Assembly (NCBI GenBank): GCA_965230975.1
Contig: OZ246402.1
Coordinates: 1,120,859 to 1,184,858 of the forward strand
Source of the DNA: an uncultured Candidatus Saccharibacteria bacterium
GTDB lineage: Bacteria; Patescibacteriota; Dojkabacteria; J137
Length of the DNA: 64,000 bases
Reading direction: 5' to 3'
Shown here: one piece after another, positions 59,958-64,000 of the stretch
How positions within the stretch are numbered: the stretch's first letter is position 1
Layout: every line of letters starts with the position of its first letter
Translations under genes and position numbers: made by a program
Notes under the pieces: model-generated
Told to the model about the DNA's origin: nothing
Database searches by the model: none
The model's input: only the letters and a program-made list of their open reading frames with translations

Positions 59958-60653
59958 ATGAACCGTGACTACAAACTTGAAATTCTATCTAAACTACTTA
60001 CATCCAAAGATGGTTTGCGATTTGTCGATGCAAAACCAGAAGGTATCGAAAATGATTTATATACTTACCACTTAAAGCAATTAATTAAGCTGGGGTTAGT
60101 ACGAAAATTTAAAGACAAATACTCTCTTACAAAACAAGGCAAACAATCCACTGAGGAAATAGACTTTATTGACTCTTTTAGCTTAAGAGCAGATAGATTT
60201 AAAGTTGCATCTTTATGTTTAGTTTTTGATAAAGAAAGTAAAAAAGTTCTATATCAAACCAGAACTAGGCAACCACTGTACGGTAACCAAGAAATAATTG
60301 GAGGAGGTGTTAGAAAAGGTGAGACTTTTACTGATACAGCCTCAAGACGACTTAAAGAAGAATCAGGTTTAACTGCAGACTTTAAGTGGATTGGAGTTAT
60401 TAGAAAAATTAGGTATGTAAACACCAAAGAGCTTTTTAACGATATTATTTACAATATTTGCTACACAGATACTTTTAATGGTGAACTTGAAGCAGAAAAT
60501 TCTTTTGGTAAGAATTATTGGATAGATTTAGATAAGGCTATTAAGCTGGAAAAAAGTAAAACTTTAGTAGAAACATATAAATTTTTGCAACAAAACTCTA
60601 TTCTACCACCATTTTTCACAGCCGAAGAAAAATATTTTAACTTGGGTGATTAG
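59958..60653 (+). CDS. Nudix hydrolase with N-terminal winged-helix-like domain
   Basis: Nudix box GGGVRKGETFTDTASRRLKEESGL; N-terminal ~80 aa basic and helical. Confidence 0.6.
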   Translation: MNRDYKLEILSKLLTSKDGLRFVDAKPEGIENDLYTYHLKQLIKLGLVRKFKDKYSLTKQGKQSTEEIDFIDSFSLRADRFKVASLCLVFDKESKKVLYQTRTRQPLYGNQEIIGGGVRKGETFTDTASRRLKEESGLTADFKWIGVIRKIRYVNTKELFNDIIYNICYTDTFNGELEAENSFGKNYWIDLDKAIKLEKSKTLVETYKFLQQNSILPPFFTAEEKYFNLGD

Positions 60654-60755
60654 CCCTTAAAATAATATTTTTATTCAGTTTAGGTTAATAAGCGTTCACT
60701 TACGCAAATATTTCTAAAGATTTAAGATTCTTGCATTAATTTTTATTTATTAATT

Positions 60756-61160
60756 ATGAATTATTTTTGCAACCCTTTAAGAGGAAAAGAAAATAGAGAT
60801 AACGTAGATGACCCGCTTACAAAAGATGTAGTTAAGTTAATTAAAGCTCTGGAAGAATTTATTTACTTAAACCATAGATGGCCAATTAATATCATAGTCG
60901 AAACTTTTAAATTGTCCCTCCTTATAGAAAATAGAGATCTTAATTTAATATCAATTTACAAAAAACTAGTTTTGAATTGGGAGTTTGCAGAATACGAGCA
61001 TCTGGATGCATTCTCTTATTATATAGAAGCTGCTATTAGGAGAGCTGATGCAATAATTGAAAATTATCCAGAAATAAGTAAAGCAGGAAAAGTTCCATTT
61101 TTAAATTTCATTTTTTTCAACTTAAATAATCGTAAAAATACTCCTTGGAGATTCGAATAA
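60756..61160 (+). CDS. Hypothetical protein
   Basis: 134 aa, no motif. Confidence 0.4.
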   Translation: MNYFCNPLRGKENRDNVDDPLTKDVVKLIKALEEFIYLNHRWPINIIVETFKLSLLIENRDLNLISIYKKLVLNWEFAEYEHLDAFSYYIEAAIRRADAIIENYPEISKAGKVPFLNFIFFNLNNRKNTPWRFE

Positions 61161-61176
61161 TTTTTTATTTTTAAAT

Positions 61177-61632
61177 ATGAATCAAGAACTACGTTTTGCG
61201 CAAAAAGGTTTAGTTTTAAATAAAGAACGAACTAAGGTTTTAGTAATTAAATACAGCTCAAATCTATACAATAATACAAAGCTAGCTGGTAAATATGCAT
61301 TACCCGGTGGAAGATTTGAATTCGGGGAAGAAGTTGACCATCAAATTATAAGAGAGGTAAAAGAAGAAACAGGAGTTATTGTAAAACCCTTACTTCCCTT
61401 TTATACCTGGACCTGGAGATACCAAAAAGAAGACATCGAAGTACAAATAGTAGCTATAGCAAGAGTATGCATTTACAAATCGGGGCAAGTAATTAAACAT
61501 GACGATTCTGAAAGCAATGTAGAGAAAGTTGAATGGATAAATGTAAGCAATTTGAACTTAGAAAATTTTGTAATAGATGAGAGACCTATAATTGAAAAGT
61601 TTTTACAGTACTCGATTCAAAGCCCTTTTTGA
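61177..61632 (+). CDS. Nudix hydrolase
   Basis: Nudix box GGRFEFGEEVDHQIIREVKEETGV. Confidence 0.7.
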   Translation: MNQELRFAQKGLVLNKERTKVLVIKYSSNLYNNTKLAGKYALPGGRFEFGEEVDHQIIREVKEETGVIVKPLLPFYTWTWRYQKEDIEVQIVAIARVCIYKSGQVIKHDDSESNVEKVEWINVSNLNLENFVIDERPIIEKFLQYSIQSPF

Positions 61633-61769
61633 TTTAATCAACTTAGCTAACTTTGCTATTCTTTGATTTTGAAGATAGTTGGGATAATTACCATACTACC
61701 TATTAACACTACCAAAAGCACCTCGGATATAGCCCTCGGTGTAACAAACATAAAAAAGGAAACAAAGAT

Positions 61770-61803
61770 TATTAAAAACTACCCCTATTTCTAGGGGTAG
61801 TTA
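61770..61803 (-). terminator. Rho-independent terminator downstream of rpsA (minus strand)
   Basis: ACTACCCCTA-GAAA-TAGGGGTAGT perfect 10-bp stem followed on the minus strand by TTTTTAAT. Confidence 0.75.
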
Positions 61804-61888
61804 AAATCCAAAAAGAAAGTTTTAAAGTTTAAAGATTATTAGTTATAAAAAACAAGTTTTTACATAACTAACAAGCTACCAAGGTAGC

Positions 61889-63172
61889 TTACTCTTTTGC
61901 TTCTTCAATTAGTTTATCAAGTTCTGCAAGTTCTCTTGAACCGCTTTCTTCAGATGAACCTTCTGATTTAGCTTTGATTCTCTTTAAAGATAAGCCTAAG
62001 TGTCTATCATCATGAGAAATTGAAATTATCATGACTTTAACATTATCTCCAATCTTAACAACTTGTTCTGGATCTTTGACCAGTTTGTTAGAAAGTTCGG
62101 AAATATGAATAAGACCGTTTAAGCCATCTTCTACTTTAACAAATGCACCGTAGTCTGCAATACTCTTAACTTCACCTTCAACGATTTGTCCGATCTTGTA
62201 TTTATTAACAATACTCTTCCAAGGGTCGTCTTTAAGTCTCTTAATACTGTATGCAACTCTTTTTCCGTTATCTTGAAGTCCAATAACTTGAACATCGATT
62301 TCTTGGTTAATCTTATAAAAGTCGCCTGGATTTGTTACTTTGTCCCAAGATATTTCGGACAAGTGAACCAAACCTTCTAGACCTTGTGCATTAACAAAAA
62401 GACCGAATGGTGTAATTCCAGTTACTGTTCCCTTCAAAACATCTCCAACCTTAAGACCAGTTAGTGTCTGTTTTCTTAAGTTTAGATCAGTTTCGGAATA
62501 AACTGATTTTTCGGACAAGATTACTTTATTTTTCTCCTTGTCGATTTCCATGACCTTAACTTTCAAAGTTTCTCCAATCAACTCTGCAAGTTTAGTTTGT
62601 AGCATTTTGCTTGCTTCTTCTTTTGTAGAGTAATTACCAATATTGTAAATTCTACTGTTTTGAAGTTGCGAGCTTGGAACAAATCCTCTTAAGCCTTCGG
62701 AAATTTCTACAATAACACCTCCGGTGTTTGCTTCAATTACCTTAACTTCGATTGTGCTCTCACTCTTTCTTGCCTGATCCAAATCGTGCCATCTCATAGC
62801 TGCACCAGTCTTTCGAATGGATAGCTCTACTTGGCCTTCTTCGTTTTCAGGGTTAACAACAAAGACAAGAACTTTGTCCCCTACTTTCTTTTGGATTTTT
62901 TTACCATCTAATCTCATCTCTTTACCAGAGATAATTCCTTCTGCCCTAGCGTTTACGCTAACAAGAATTTCACCATCTTTTACATTTAATACTGTAGCTT
63001 CGATGATGTCTCCTTTTTTGTAGACTTTTGGAATTTGTACATCTGACATTAGAGAATCTAATGGATGGTTTGAAGACTTAGTCTTCACTTTTTGGGATTT
63101 TGACATAAAATTTTTAAAACCTAGAGTTTGATTTTCCTCTGTTGAGGATGCTCTAAATTCCTTTCTATGCAA
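61889..63172 (-). CDS. rpsA: 30S ribosomal protein S1 (four S1 domains)
   Basis: Repeated S1/OB motifs (GDIIEATVLNV, GDVLKGTVTGITPFGLFV, GQIVEGEVKSIADYGAFV). Confidence 0.9.
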   Translation of the reverse strand: MHRKEFRASSTEENQTLGFKNFMSKSQKVKTKSSNHPLDSLMSDVQIPKVYKKGDIIEATVLNVKDGEILVSVNARAEGIISGKEMRLDGKKIQKKVGDKVLVFVVNPENEEGQVELSIRKTGAAMRWHDLDQARKSESTIEVKVIEANTGGVIVEISEGLRGFVPSSQLQNSRIYNIGNYSTKEEASKMLQTKLAELIGETLKVKVMEIDKEKNKVILSEKSVYSETDLNLRKQTLTGLKVGDVLKGTVTGITPFGLFVNAQGLEGLVHLSEISWDKVTNPGDFYKINQEIDVQVIGLQDNGKRVAYSIKRLKDDPWKSIVNKYKIGQIVEGEVKSIADYGAFVKVEDGLNGLIHISELSNKLVKDPEQVVKIGDNVKVMIISISHDDRHLGLSLKRIKAKSEGSSEESGSRELAELDKLIEEAKE

Positions 63173-63206
63173 GGGAGATTATAGCATGGTTTTTAGTTTA
63201 TTTAAA

Positions 63207-63899
63207 TCACCGTCCCGGAGCAGCGTTTCTTAAAAATTCCCCTAATCTTCCAAAGAGATTACTGCTCTTTTTAGGCTGAGACCTCTTTATCCATTCTAAA
63301 TCTCCTTCAGAAACCTCAAAAGCCACAGGGTCTTGAGGAGAAGGATTCTCATATTTAACTTTCACCATTTTTCCATCTGAAGTTTTTCTTTCAACAATAA
63401 CCACTCGATTATCGTACATAAGTCGCGCACCCGGAAGGACAAATCCAGACTTGACCTCCTTAGCACTTTCAGTAGATGACTTTGGAGTAATTTGATTTAC
63501 ACCATCCCTTTGAGATAAATTTTGACCTAGCGCAAGTCCAGTTTCGGGATCAATTGGTGTAGCTGTTTGTTCAGGTAATCTTGACGGTTCTCCTGTAATA
63601 AAATTATTGTTTTCAGGATTACTCCTAAATTCAACAGGCGAGAGGTATTGAAGCCTACTGTCCAAAGCGGGGTACCCCATGTCTAAAAATTGAACTATTC
63701 TATTCATGATATCCGTTGATAGGAATTCAAAATCAGTAGATTTTGTATCATTGGAGAGTAAAAACCTATTAAAGGTGCCTAATATTCCATCTGCTTGATA
63801 AATAAGGAAGTAAGGGTTCTTGTTTATACCTTCCTCTGTTTCAGCAGAAAGGCGACTTTCAACAACTTCGATTCTTGAAGATACCGCATTATACTTCAA
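63207..63899 (-). CDS. Hypothetical protein
   Basis: 230 aa, no motif. The frame may continue upstream beyond 63899 toward the window end. Confidence 0.4.
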   Translation of the reverse strand: MKYNAVSSRIEVVESRLSAETEEGINKNPYFLIYQADGILGTFNRFLLSNDTKSTDFEFLSTDIMNRIVQFLDMGYPALDSRLQYLSPVEFRSNPENNNFITGEPSRLPEQTATPIDPETGLALGQNLSQRDGVNQITPKSSTESAKEVKSGFVLPGARLMYDNRVVIVERKTSDGKMVKVKYENPSPQDPVAFEVSEGDLEWIKRSQPKKSSNLFGRLGEFLRNAAPGR

Positions 63900-64000
63900 G
63901 GTTAAATTATTTCTTACCTGACCACTATCACCATCTGTTGACTCTACACTTATCGTAATAGAGATAATTCCCTGACTTGAATCTTGAAGTATATATCTTA

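Noticed and set aside
1-64000. Alternative genetic code (e.g. UGA reassignment as in some CPR lineages)
   Set aside because: Long, well-conserved ORFs (gyrA 872 aa, clpC 841 aa, topA 748 aa) are intact under the standard code, with TAA/TAG/TGA stops placed where homologues end; no in-frame TGA clusters noticed.

Overview
The window reads as chromosomal DNA from a small-genome, AT-rich bacterium (roughly 30-35% GC by eye) that uses the standard genetic code. Gene content and style (type IV pilus ATPases, ComEA/ComEC, a degenerate clamp-loader subunit, Lys/Glu-rich ribosomal protein tails, co-occurring NrnA and Orn) suggest a CPR/Patescibacteria-like organism such as Saccharibacteria; that placement is inference only. 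Most of the window is densely packed housekeeping genes in conserved syntenies: pilT-like and pilB; gyrB-gyrA; yebC-ruvC-ruvA-ruvB; nrnA and orn; dnaB; rpmE-prfA; rpsF-ssb-rpsR; dnaX-ybaB-recR; rpsB-tsf-frr-rseP; dprA-topA; comEA-comEC; rpmG-tRNA(Trp)-secE-nusG-rplK-rplA-rplJ-rplL; ndk; rho; clpC; rpsA. I identified six tRNA genes (Leu-CAA, Thr-GGT, Tyr-GTA, Thr-TGT, Trp-CCA, Arg-CCT), several clean Rho-independent terminators and the classical L10-leader attenuator. I saw no rRNA genes, CRISPR array, transposase or integrase. The main accessory island lies directly downstream of the rplL terminator, at about 46.7-52.3 kb. It encodes a polytopic membrane protein, three ATP-grasp ligases (one fused to a retropepsin-like DTG peptidase domain) and two GT2 glycosyltransferases, a combination that looks like an uncharacterised peptide/glycan-modification system. 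Other points worth follow-up: a ~930 bp AT-rich coding gap after gyrA with two perfect DnaA boxes (candidate oriC); comEC split into two reading frames; small tandem repeats upstream of comEA and rlmB; a long perfect palindrome inside the dnaX-ybaB-recR operon; a 14-mer shared by two putative promoter regions; several orphan hypothetical proteins.
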